NCBI GenBank assembly: GCA_050084515.1
Contig: CM114271.1
Coordinates: forward strand, 3,162,001 to 3,226,000
Length of the DNA: 64,000 nucleotides
Source of the DNA: Blasia pusilla
Lineage: Eukaryota
Direction: 5' to 3'
The notes under the pieces are model-generated. The model saw only the letters and a program-made list of their open reading frames with translations, made no database searches and was not told where the DNA came from. Below are positions 1 through 12,967 of the stretch, in pieces (within the stretch, counting starts at the first letter, position 1; every line of letters starts with the position of its first letter). A program made the position numbers and the translations under genes.

Positions 1-1839
1 CTTGTTTGGATATACCCTATGTCTAATTCCTTGTAGTACGGGTCCTTTTTCCTCACAATGTCTTAAAAAGACTTAAGTTTGTCTTTGTTCTTATGTTGTC
101 TTCTTAGGGCCTCAACTATAAATGGTCTTTACAAGGATTTCCTTTCATAAAGGCTCTTTAATAAACACTTCTTCCTAAACAACTTTCCTACTTTCTAAAC
201 ATGGTTTCGCAGAAATGGACTTATCCTAAACATGGCCAATAGGTCCCCTATGCTAATACATTTGGTACCCCGATTGTCCACGCAGGCTCGGGACACAAGA
301 ACAGGTATGGCCTCATATTTTAGGAAGGCATGCAAGGATTGAATGGATGTGTGAGCTTCGAGACCACACACGCTCTATGCGGGCCTCTATGAGTGAGGCA
401 TGGGCTTGATGTGGGCTACAAAATGGGTGGCAAGAACGGATGACAGGTCTTTGGACTGGGTGCAAGTTGACAAATCCTAGCTCTACCTTGCAAGTATGGC
501 AGACCGCGAGAATCTGGGTCTACACGGACATGTTCGTTCGAAGGACAAGCATAAGTCCACATACATAGACTTGTCCATGTGCATATGCAACCTTGTCTTT
601 AAAGTACATCTTACTAAGGTACTCTCCTACACTACTTTTGACTAACAATAGATGTTTCTTCTCTTATGTATAGACCAAAATGCAACTTCTCGATGCCATA
701 CGTCCATTATTATATTATAATATCTGATTAACAAATGAAAAGGCACCTTGGGTATTTTTCAATCGTGATTTTTAGAAAATTTGGAAGAAAATTTAAGGGA
801 GTGGTGGATAGAAGTACACAAAAATATCTCACCAAGTTTCAACCCTCATAGATTAATAATTTTATTATGAAAAATCAAAGAGTCTATTTTTATAATAAAA
901 GATCTCATAACCAAGGGGTCAAAACTTGAATTGGAAGAAATACATAGGATAGAGAAATAAATGAATAATAAGGATATAAATGAATAAAATTTTAGTTAGG
1001 CAGAAAGTAAGAGGATAAAATATGTCATATATTTGAGTAAAACATATCTATTCAAGATACTCTTTAAAAGAACTTGCAGTTTAATAGGTCAATAAGATCA
1101 AATGGATAGAAATAATATAAAACCATATGGACCAATAAAGGGAGACCTCATGGTTTCTTGAAGGAGATTTTCTCCAACTTGAGCTCATAAAGGGGTAGTG
1201 GTTTCTTGAAGCCTATCTCACATTCTTGAAGCAATTTTATTGTATATGTAAGATAGTTTCAATCTATATTTTTAAGGGAGGAGCGCCTCTCATGACAATA
1301 TCTCGCTTACTGACACATGGTTGTAATGATATCCTCACAATATGTAAATCTCTAAAATATAAAAAAATTTATCCTGCAAAATGAAAAAAGGAAAGGAAAG
1401 TTTTTAATTTAAAGGAGGGATTATGCATAGCACAAGCCTTTATGGGCAACTTATTAGTAATTGCAAGAGAAAATTTTTTTACAAGTATATGCTACTTCAA
1501 AGAGGATGGATTTTCTCTCTTTAGAAATATTCTCAGATTTCCTTATATGAAGATGAATTTATCTATTTTTCGAGGGATGCAATAAGATATCTTAGCTTGC
1601 GACATACGTTTTCCATCTTTCGCTAAAAAAGAAAGATACAAAATTTTCATACAAGACCTTATTAATTCTAATTAAGTAAAAGATGAATATGAGGATTAAA
1701 CATGATTGATGGATAGAAGATGATTTTCACCACTTTCTTGCATTGAATTTGTTAATACAAGCATGATAAATCATTAGATGTATAGCTATTAGATGTTACT
1801 CTATCATTTTGGGGTATAGTTCATGGGTGTACTAGAGGA

Positions 1840-3922
1840 AAGAATAAATCCTTAACATCGATAAAGATGGATACAAGGAAAGACTTCTGGAAAAGGCATA
1901 TGTTGAAAGGGAAGGCATTCACTTCGAGGATATTTTCTCACTAGTGATAGAGATTACATCCATTTTCATATTTCTAGGCACAATAGCTCTCTATGACCCA
2001 AAGTTGGATGTTACAAACAACTTTTTGCATGGACATCCAGAGGAGGAGATGTACTTACACCAACCAAAGGGATTCAAAGTAAAGGGGAAGAAGAACTTTC
2101 TATACAAACTAAAGAAGTACTTCTACGAATTGAAGCAAAGTCCAAGAGACTAGTATGAGAGGTTTGATACCATTATGAAAATACATGGATATACTTGCTA
2201 CAACTATGACTATTATATGCATCTTAAGAAGGCACACAAAGGTTTATTTTGGTAACATTTTTTGGTATTATACGCTGATGATATACTCATCGCTCTTGAG
2301 AACATGAGAGATATTTCTCACTTAAAGAGAAAATTGAGTAAGAAGGATCGGGGTCCTTCAAAGGGGTTTCTCAAGATTCGAAGAGTATAGAATTATAGAT
2401 ATCCTATAGGAAGTACGTTGAGAAGGTACTTTTTCCGTTTTGGTATGGAGGATGCCAAATTTGTGAGTACTTATTTAGATGGTCCTTTTACACTTTCTTT
2501 GGTGGATTGCCCAATAAGTGAAGATGAAAGGAGAGAAATATCAGAGGCCCCATATGAGAGTGCAAGCAAAAGTTGTATGTATGCAATGACATGTACTCGA
2601 TCGACCATCTCATAAGTTGTAGTTGTGGTTAATATATTTATATTAAATCCATGGAAGCAACATTGGTAAGTAGTGAAATGGATTCTTCACTACTTGAAGG
2701 GAAGAGTGGATATGGAAATTGCCTTTGATAGTAGAGTAAACTGAGTTGGAGCTATAGTTGGTTGTGTGCATATTGATTTTGGAGGATATTTGGACAGAAA
2801 GAGGTCTACCACAAGTCTTGTGTACATATTGATGGGTGGACCAATTAGCTAGAAGTCAACATTACATGATTTTGTATCTATATGTACCATGGAGATCGAG
2901 TATATGGTTGCATAAGAGGATGTTGTTTAATTTGGCTATGGAGATTTATAGTTGAGTTTGGCTTGTTGAAAGATAAAGTTCTAGCTCCTACTTTGTGGTT
3001 TTAAAAGTGCTATACATTTGGCTGAAAACCAAGTCCATCATGTGAGGAAAAGGCACATTAGTGTTCGATATCATTTTATTTCAAAGGCATTGATGAGGAT
3101 GTGATCACCTCATAAAGATAGGAATTAAGGAGAATGCAACAGATGTGGATAAATTCCGTTATAGTGGAGAAGTTCAACCACTGTGTGGACTCAGTGCATG
3201 TTCTGTATTCCTAAGCTTGATATTAGGAGTATTCTAACGGTTTTCCTTATTGCAGTAAGTAGAATATAATACAAGATGGATTTTTTTTAAGTATCTTGTA
3301 TTCTATCAATTATCAAAGTGGCACCATTTGGACCCTTTAATGGCGAGCTTGCTCCACGGCTATAATTATTGAGATGGGATGAGATGGATTGGGAGGTGGA
3401 GATGGGGGTGGTTTCTTAGTCCCACCTTCTAGCAAGAGTGCAAGGGTTAGCCCCGGTTGTATGATAAGTTTGCTATTTTTTTGGCTTTATGGCTACATCG
3501 ACATCAATATTTAGCGTGGAATATTTAGGCTTGAGGAGAGAGTCTTGGAAAGCTCATGATCTAAAATTTGTGTAGATTAAAGTTTTTGATTGCGGATGTA
3601 GCTTCAAAATGGAATATGAACCATGAATATTAAATTTCATTTATTTGAATGATTGTCGAACTTCTTCCAACAACTTCATATGCCTTTTGGATGTCTTTCC
3701 AAACACCTCGATCCATTATTACTTTAGAGTGGCATTATTATTTAAGGTATATACTCATCCACATGTTTTTTGCAATCTATATTATTACATTAGAGTGGCA
3801 CTCTCCAATAATAATATAGATTGCAAAAAACATGTGGATGAGTATATACCTTAAATAGCTCAATTATATTGTAATTTATCAACTAACCCTTCTATTTATC
3901 CTTTTCCTCTTGTCTATCAACA
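1840..3922 (+). mobile_element. Degenerate Ty1/copia LTR retrotransposon 3' half (RT, RNase H, probable 3' LTR)
   Basis: Copia RT motifs LDVTNNFLHG..EEEMYLHQPKGF..KLKKYFYELKQSPR (1944-2153) and LVLYADDILI (~2262-2291). PYES..SCMYAMTCTRSTIS and RNase H-like text run to a stop at ~3214, with many stops and frameshifts. An LTR-like tail from ~3290 ends in TATCAACA at 3922. Confidence 0.85.
3739..3857. repeat. Near-perfect 119-bp palindrome (49-bp perfect arms)
   Basis: 3739-3787 is the exact reverse complement of 3809-3857; the inner AGAGTG/CACTCT also pairs. Confidence 0.95.
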
Positions 3923-5971
3923 ATTTGCAAAAATTCCTCCACTCATAGGCCTCTTCCAATATAGAGTCTAGATGCAAGTCTTTGATGTGATTATTTGAGT
4001 TTTTGCATTAGTTCTCGAAGATTTGAGTACTTGCAGAATTTTTTGTGCTATGCTATGGAGAAAATGATTTTGTGTTCCTCCCACAATGTCTACTTCGACA
4101 CAAGGAATATAAAAGAAAAATTTGTTTTTCTCTCTTCGTGCAATCTTTTTTCCAACATATAGAAAGTTTTCCATTACTCAAGTCTTGTTCTCCTTAGCGA
4201 TCTCCCACTTGCGGAATGATCCTTCATCCTTATCAAAGATCTTAGATCTCACACCATGTAGAAACTTCTAAACGTACAAGATAAACATTCATACATGAAG
4301 AGATATTATCTAGCATACGATGGAAGAATAGGTACCATCTCCCACTCTATATATAAGCTAAGATAAATAGTCTTTGCCCTGTAAATTTACACCAAAGAGC
4401 CTATCACCTTATCCTAGATAGTAACCTTTGCACACACATCCCTTTCTTACTACTCTCAATATCATGGTATTAATTTTTGAGAGTTGACTTGAGTTTGGAC
4501 ATATATCACCTTTTAACAAAATACAAAATTAGCACAAATACATTTCATTATTTAAGGAAGTGGGATGTTAGAATACAAAGAGTGAAACATACAAATTGAG
4601 TAAAGTTAATAGTAAATGAGACCAAATCACTTACATATAGATACAAAAATGTTCAGACGCCCAAGTTTTTAAAAATTTTATTTGAAGATTAACTTAAGAA
4701 TGATATATTCCTTAGTATGGTTATAGCTAAGATTTTGCACCAATACCTTAGCTCTAACCATACTATTGTAAATATTATCACTACTATTTTGGTAAGGCAA
4801 CAAATATAGTAAGAATTGTGATCTTTCCACAAAATTTGGTATATTTAATAGCCTAGATAGATTTTTCTTCCATCCATGTAATAATTTGTATTTGATAAAG
4901 CATAAAGCCCAAAATTCGAGTAGCCTTTAAGCACTAATCAATTTCGAGTCTCCCAAGCTACATAACGTTTCCTTAGAAAGCCTCAACTAATCCCCCCAAT
5001 CCGCTCGCTTAAACTAAAGTGCATCGGTTATTTTCTCAAGTCGCATATCAAATGGTTCCTTAGCTCAAAAGTGAAACATGGCCAAACTTGCATCCCAATT
5101 AATCCCTTGTTAATGGACATGAGCAAGTAGGGAGGGAGAGAATTTGGGGTTTCTAGTTTAGGAACCTAAAGTCGGTCTTAAGGCGCACATGCATGTCTCA
5201 ACTAGAGATAGTCCTACGGCTGGTTATGCTTCGCTTACTAGTCTAGGTTTGGACTTTGGTGGGTAATACCAAGGTCTCTCCTACTTAGACCCACGATCAT
5301 GGCTCACTTATCCGGTCCTTGTTGGTGTGAGCGCCAAAGACTACACTACTTGTGACAATGTCCTATGTGAAAAGTCTTCGTCAATCCATGCCATGCTTAG
5401 TACGTGGTCTTAGGGAAGGGATCATAGGCTAGGGCCACGTTCAAAGTCCTAATCCAATCAAACAAGATAGGCCTAAAACAAGGACAAGAATTGTCAACCA
5501 ACTTAAATCCGCACCATAGTGAGTTCAAGCATAAAATTACAAAGGATTTCAAGATCCCATTTCCTGGAAATGTCATTAACCAACACAAAGCAAGTCCTTA
5601 ATTTTAGATTGTCCTATTGAATCCAGTTAGAACAAGAGAATTCCTTTCCCCACTCCCATGGCCATAGAGTGCCAAGAGGTAGCCCTAAAGCCCCATCCAA
5701 TCCAATGGCAGCTTACATTGCATTATTGTTGCTAGCTTATTGCTCAAACTGCCATGACCCATTGGGCATTGTTTTATGGCTTTAGTAGTAAACTACTATC
5801 CCATCTTCAAAGAGAGAGAAAAAAAATAGAAAGAGAGAAAAAATACAAAGAACGAGAGGGGAAATATATACAAAGAAAGAGAGAGTAAGTAGATTTTTAG
5901 TCTACGGGAAGCCAATCTGGCTTATGGGACCCCTTTCATATATATGTGAAATTGATATCGCATCCGACATG

Positions 5972-6026
5972 ACACCTCCCGTTCGACCCAAGACCATGGC
6001 GAGTGCAATGTGATCCAAACCCCTGC
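5972..6026 (-). repeat. Inverted degenerate copy of the PMS2 5'UTR/start-codon region
   Basis: The reverse complement ggggtttggatcacattgcactcgccatggtcttgggtcgaacgggagg matches ~6386-6437 ggggtttggatcacattgcactggcagccatggcctcgggtcgaacgggagg. Confidence 0.85.
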
Positions 6027-6414
6027 GAGCATAATCAAGGCACACAAGAGAGAAGGAGAGAGATATAATGATGTGATCATGGGAGAATTTTGCAATTCGT
6101 GGTTTGAAATTGCAGGGCATTGCATTCGTTCAAACAAACAAACAGTAACGGAGTGGAGGTGGGAGAGGTCTCAGTGCGCAAACGCAAAGATGTGACACAG
6201 ATGAACACATGGAGGGCTTAAGCGGTCGATTGGCTGGAGGTTGGGTTGTGGAGTGGAAGTTTTAAAGATAGAGTCTGGCGCAACTGCTGCGCGGGAATTC
6301 AACGAGTCCAGCACTTGAGGAGTGCGGATTTTGGCAGTGGGGAGGGAGATGGATGCGGAGCTTCAGTCGTGGTCGCATCCTTAGCGGGGTTTGGATCACA
6401 TTGCACTGGCAGCC

Positions 6415-9400
6415 ATGGCCTCGGGTCGAACGGGAGGGGTGATCAAGCCGATTGACAGAGGTGCGGTTCACAGGATCTGCTCTGGTCAGGTTGTTCTGGA
6501 CCTAGCCACTGCTGTGAAAGAGCTTGTGGAAAACAGCCTCGACGCTGGAGCCAGCAGCGTGGAAATCCGTCTGAAGGACTATGGCATGGAGCTCATCGAA
6601 GTGGCTGACAATGGTGCGGGTGTCGCTCCGGAGAATTACCAGGTGGGTGGGTGGGTGGATAGATTCATTGCACAGCCTGTCAGTGGAATTCTAGCAGTGT
6701 GCCCGCTATCGACGCAGGAGCTAGGAATTGAATGAGACCTCTACCCTCAGGGCCACGCAGCGAGTCGTGGAATTGGTTTCATCGAGCAGACGGTAGAGAT
6801 AGAGAATCCTTGTGTTTGAGACAGATGGAGTCCATGTAGTGACTGACCTGTTGTTGAGTCTCAAGTGAACCTGAGCTCTGGGATTCATGGAGAGTGTAGA
6901 GGGAAGAACCTAAAAGTTCTTCAGTCGATCATCGCCTCGCACACACCTTTTTCTTCGAAGTCTCGATCCGATGAGAGATGGATGCCCCTAGAGTCACTCT
7001 GAAGAAACATCTACTGGGTACCTTCGTTGCTGGTCATTGCAATGCAGGTCTTCCCAGTGCTGTTGCTTCTCGAGAATCACTCAAATGAAAATTCTCGAAG
7101 ATGTGATGTGAATTGAATGAGGGTGGAACTGAATTGAATTAGGGGTCTAGCCCATTTTCTATAGAAGTGAAATATCCGACTTGATTGATTCCTCGAGTGC
7201 CCTTTGTTTTTATCATTTGGTGGGTTCTATCATCCTCTATGCTCCCCTTGTTTTTATCATTTGATGGGTTATCCCATCCTCTTCCATCCTTGCTGTCTCC
7301 TCTTCAAAAGGGAAGAAAATTGACACCCAAGATCTTCTTGAGTGTGGGTGGGTTCCCCATCCGAGAGCCTATTTTCTTCAGAGGTGAATTGATGCCCAAG
7401 TGTGGAAGGGTTCCCCATCCGAGTGAGCGAATCTGGAGATCAGGAGGAGGATAGCTTGCATTTCTCATTGGAGTGGACTTAGTTTCAAGAGCTGGGCTGA
7501 AGTCGATGAAGAAGTCGCGACAACATAGATGGGCTTGGAGCTTAGGCTGGAGAGTTGATCACGAGTTGATGTGTTTGCAGGGTTTAACTCTGAAGTACCA
7601 CACGTCAAAGATATCGGAGTTCGCTGACTTGCAGACGCTGTGTTCCTTCGGATTTCGAGGAGAGGCGCTGAGCTCTCTGTGCGCCTTGGCAAATATGAGC
7701 ATTGTGACGAGAACCAAGGATGAGCCAATCGCATCGCGTCTGGTTTATGATCACTCTGGGGTTCTCATCTCACAGGAAAGAGTGGCACGCGCTGTTGGGA
7801 CGACTGTGGCTGTTGCGAAGCTGTTCTCACCTCTGCCCGTTCGCTTCAAGGAGTTCAGTCGCAACATTCGGCGAGAGTACAGTCGTCTATTGTCGATACT
7901 CCAAGTAAAGTCCTTGCACATACAAGTGCTTACTGTTTTCATCGACTTCCCTACTTCTACTTTGGGACACTGGTTCTCGAGATACTTTCACTATAGCTCT
8001 ACTAGGCTTTGAAATCTACATTGTTTGAGTTTTTTCTTGCTCTGACCTCACGAACTGGACAAGTCGGTGATCTACTGACAGTAGAGTATCTTCTTCAGGG
8101 AGGTCTGGAATTTCTGATCGACTGCATTTTATTTTCTTACACTTAGCTACTGGGACTTCTCTCGTTTTCCATGTCTTTGAAAATCACATCTCCCAAACTC
8201 TGTGGAGCTGTTTGATTGTTTGGCCCAATGACATGTTTCCATCCTCCCCCATCTGAGAAGAAAGTTGGTGGTTTCAGGCATATGCATTGATTGCAAAAGG
8301 CGTCAAGCTTTTATGCAGCAATCAAACCGGTCGTGCAGGGCGAACCACTGTCGTGCAAACTCAGTGCAATTCAACCATGAAGGATAATATTGTTACTGTC
8401 TTTGGAACAAAGACAGCAGCGTGTATGGAACAGTTGGATCTTGCTGTGTCGGATGGTATTCGTGTAGAAGGATTTGTTTCAAAGCCAGGTGCTGGCTGTG
8501 GTCGCGCTTCCGGAGATCGACAATTTTTCTACATCAATGGCCGACCTGTGGATATGCCAAAAGTGGCAAAGTTGCTCAATGAGCTTTACAGGTCCTTCAA
8601 CTCACTGCAGTACCCCATGCTGGTTCTCAACTTCATTCTTCCAACCACAGCTTATGATGTCAATGTGACCCCAGACAAGCGGAAGGTCTTCATACATGCT
8701 GAAGGAGCACTGATGGTGTCTCTGAGAGAGGCTTTGGAAAAAGTTTATGCCCCTAATAAGTACCAGTATACTCTCAATAAGCTGGATGGTGGATCTGTGT
8801 TTGAGAAAGGTGAACTTTCAGTGAAGAAAACTAGTGGACAGGCTGGCTCAAATGCAGAATCAGATAGAGAAGATGCATCTGACGGGGAGGAATATGAAGA
8901 GAACAGTGAGGACTTTGTAAACAAACCCAGGGAGGTCGGTCAAACCGGAACCGGTCTTCCAGGCAGATTTTCCATGGATCTTCTTTCTTTTGAACGTAAG
9001 TCTACAAGTGGGCTGAGTAGCAAGACTTCCAACACTAAAATTGTTCAGAAACCTGTGTCTTCTAACAAGGTTCTGGCTGACAAACAGTCTGTAAAATATG
9101 TTCAACCCACACTCACTGCCTGTATATCCAAAAGAAAAAGAAGTGTAGAGGAAGCAGGTGGTGGTCTCCTAAGTGAAGAGCCTCTTCTGAAGAGGTGGGC
9201 AATGGGAAACCCAGCAAACAAACCTTCCAGTGATACATGTAGCGAGAGTGTTCAACCAAGCCTTCATCACTCTGAAGTGGAGGTTGGCGATGCAGGAGGT
9301 CATGATTCCTTGGGAACAACTATTGGAAGTGAATGTGCGACATCTGTGTCGGAGAGTGGTCCATGCCCTATCAATGGCATGGCAAGTTGTGGTCCGGTGC

Positions 9401-12400
9401 CTGGATCTGATGGGGAGGTAAAGGCCCTTAGTACTTGGATTAAGCTGTGCACATGATCCATGAAGGTTAGCAAGTTCTTGCACCAATTTTATATGGTACT
9501 GATACATCTGAACTTCTGGTGATGCAGATGCAGACCCAACTCATGAAGTTGCCGAGCTTTTCTTTGTCAGAACCAGTACTCCACAATCTGACATCTGAGA
9601 AGTGCAGGGATGATATTGAAGGCCTGTCTTCCAGGCTAAAGTGTACGGTGGATGATGAAAATGGAGCGGGAGCCAAACTGTCAGAGCGAGTAACCGAGCC
9701 ACCTGAACTAGGCTTAGCTTCCGAATCAAGGAAAACTAGACCTCTAGAAGCCACAACCATCAAAGGTATCTTTGATCCAACAGGGAAGATGATGATGCCT
9801 TGTACGAAGTCTAGAGGAAAGGATTTCCTAGAGACCTCAAATGTTGAAGGAACAAAAGGTCAAACACAGCCAAGCAGTGAATTAGGAAGATCAAACACAT
9901 TTTCAGGGGCATCAGAGTTTGCAGATGAACCTTGTGATACATCGGGCAAAGGTGATAAAGCCAGAGCATCATCAACACTCTTCTCATCCAGGGCAACCAA
10001 TGCAGATGGTCACAAGACTACAGCAGGACATGAGGATGAGATGAACCCTGTCATCGAGAATCCAACTGTTCAATTTGATATTCAGAAGTTGAGGAAGAAC
10101 TTTCGGCGCGGCTTGCTCCTTCGTCAAATGAATGAAAATATGAATAGAAGAGTCAGGAGTTCCAAAAGAGCCAGGTGAGGGACAATAGTTGCTCCCAGCT
10201 TTGCCTTCATAAAAATGGATCATCACCTTAAGATTTTGGATCTTTGTGTGGCATCTGTTTCCTTCTAAAGCTCTGAGTATCCCCTCATAAATAAGATGTC
10301 AGTATTTCTGGAGAACCAGTTCCCAAATCTTTAAACAGATAGACGAAATACTGAATCAATCTACTGGTAGTTTCATTAGAGCCACAAAAAAACATGACCT
10401 GACCTAAAAACTGTGTTGTGCCACGAGTGGAAAATCTCACAACTTCTGCGATTCAATTTTGTTACATCTTTTAATTCCTCACACTGACATAGCTTTTGTT
10501 ACGATGGCAACAGTTGTTTCACAGCTGCAACTTTACTCAGAAGCGACATTCAGAGTGAAGGGATAGAGAAAGAGGCAGCACTAGCCGCAGCAACAAAGGA
10601 GCTGGACCGGAGTTTTAATAAAGCCGACTTCAAGCAAATGCAGGTCACTACCAATCTGGTTTAACACTTTATCATGTTTGCCAAGAGATCAGTATGAAAG
10701 GAAGAATTGATTTATTGTCCATGGGAAAACCCCAGAGTGCCATGGGACTTGAAATTACAAAAATCCTTGGAGTGTTTAGGTAGACCGCACCATGCAAGAA
10801 AAGGGAAATGAAACCATAGAAACCAGAAGCTACCATTCCTATATACTTCACTCTTATCACCCCATACACTGATGTAACAACTTAGTTATCTAAACCTGAT
10901 TGCTATTGGACGTGAAAGAGATCACAAGTGCAAAGGAAGTTCCCTGGAACAGTTCAGGGAACTTGCCTCGAATTTTCTCACAGAAGCTGCAATTGAAGGG
11001 GTACCATTCTTCAGGGTCAATATCATGTGGAGGGATACCCACTCTCAGGAACTTAGAGAGCTACTTCCTGCCTTCAGTGGTTGCTGGAGTTGGGCCTCTT
11101 GCCTCATAAGAAGACGTACTCTGCATGGAAGACCTCTTGTGAAAGTCACAACCCATCAAGTTTCCTTGTGTTTGCTGACTCTATGTCTCTTTGGTTTTTC
11201 AAGATTAGATGGAGTTGTGAGCCTGACAAGAATTCCTTTGACAGGTGCTGGGACAGTTCAACTTAGGCTTCATATTGGCCAAAATCAATCAAGACATATT
11301 TATTGTTGACCAGGTTTGGCCCACCAACCAATTTGGTCCCGTTAATTGTATAATGAGAGAGGGATATCCACTCTCTGGAAGGTAGAGAGTTACTTGCTAC
11401 CTGTGGAGATGCGAAGGAACCAAATTTCTAGCTACCAGCTAGTCTTGAAGATGGAAACATTATCATACTACAGAACTTGGTAGTGACTAAAACTGCTTGA
11501 GGTCAAGTGTGATTTCTCTGTTCTTGCAGCATGCTTCGGATGAGAAATACAATTTTGAACGACTCACAAAAACCACAGTGCTGAATCGACAACCTCTCCT
11601 CAGGTCTATATCGACTAATAATCCTTCTTACTAGTGAAAATGTGTCGTTTTGCACGTTTTTCCAAGTAACTCTGGATCTTGTTGCAGATTTGTGAATATA
11701 ATTCTTGATACTCAAAACTGATAGGACTAAAGATTCTAAAGGGTTGCTTTTCCTTTGACAGCCTATGACATTCAACTTGCCATCTACACAGGCCATTGCC
11801 CTTGGAGCTTTCTGCAGCAGATGAAATTACTGTAACAACACACTTGGAGACTTTCAGGTGAGACATGGGACTCTCAAGAATAACAAAAATGAACAAGATA
11901 GTTGTTACAGAGATTCTCTTGCACCTACATTCACAGCCCCTTCATTGCCTTCGAACTCTTTCTGCTTAACCCTAAAAGACATCATTGAGAGTCTCTCCAT
12001 CCACCAAGATCTGTTCTTGTCAAGAATCTGGGCAGAAAACCATATGTTTTGCTTTCACTGAATCAGAAATTGAATTGTACTCACTTTGTAACTTTGCAAC
12101 TTCATTTGAGGTTGTGACCTGTGCTATTTTCAAAAAAGATTTTTCCATTTTTTTTTTAATTGTGATCCCCGATGCTCTCTCATCAGAAAAAATGGCTTCG
12201 ATTTTGTTGAGGCTGAAGATGCGCCAGCAGGTCAGAGACTAAGACTGTCAGCTGTGCCATTCAGCAAGAATATGACCTTTGGTGTTGGAGGTATGCACCC
12301 TGTTCCGAAAAGAACAAAATTCATTCAATGGTGTTGTTACCACAAGTCGTACTGCGGTCTTGCAAGGAACTCGATGTGGATGACTGAAAGAAGAGAATTT

Positions 12401-12967
12401 ATTTATTTTTTGACTAAACCTTGTGCTGATACTCTGCAATATTTATATAATACCCTTCCTACCCCTACAATTTCCTGCAGATGTGCAGGAATTGATCTCC
12501 CTACTAGCGGACGAGCCTGTCATGTCTTTCAGCAGTGCCAATGAACAGTGCGAAGAACTATCCAATCATAGTTGCCATGTCAGAAGACCTGGACACTCAA
12601 GTTGGTTACCACGCCCATCACGAGTAAGAGGAATGTTTGCATCACGAGCTTGCAGGTCATCTATCATGATTGGGGATCCTCTCAGCAAGAAAGAAATGGA
12701 GCGGGTAACGCTTTCTACTGCTTTTCAATGTCTTACTCCTGTAGTTCTACACCCACACCCAATACGTCTACATTGAACTCCGTTCATCTTCTTCAATTTC
12801 CAGTGTTAAATTTCTGGTGGAAACTTGCAACTTTTTGCATGCAGATAGTCTCCCACCTAGCAGAGTTAGATTCTCCTTGGAATTGTCCACATGGGCGGCC
12901 CACCATGCGACACTTGGTAGACATGAGTTCTATTGGCAAGCAATACCCTCCATCTTCATCCAGGTAG
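6415..12967 (+). CDS. PMS1: DNA mismatch-repair MutL homologue, PMS2 type (plant PMS1), about 11 exons
   Basis: GHKL ATPase motifs ([45 protein letters not shown]), endonuclease motif [15 protein letters not shown] and CPHGRP motifs. Inferred GT-AG exons: 6415-6642, 7581-7904, 8278-9417, 9528-10174, 10514-10643, 11245-11313, 11530-11603, 11792-11857, 12187-12290, 12481-12704, 12845-12967. Confidence 0.96.
6733..7467. mobile_element. Probable solo LTR in PMS2 intron 1
   Basis: Termini TGAGA...TCTCA. Flanks TTGAA/TTGGA form a 5-bp TSD with one mismatch. Internal short direct repeats at ~7200/7244 and ~7341/7398. Confidence 0.6.
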
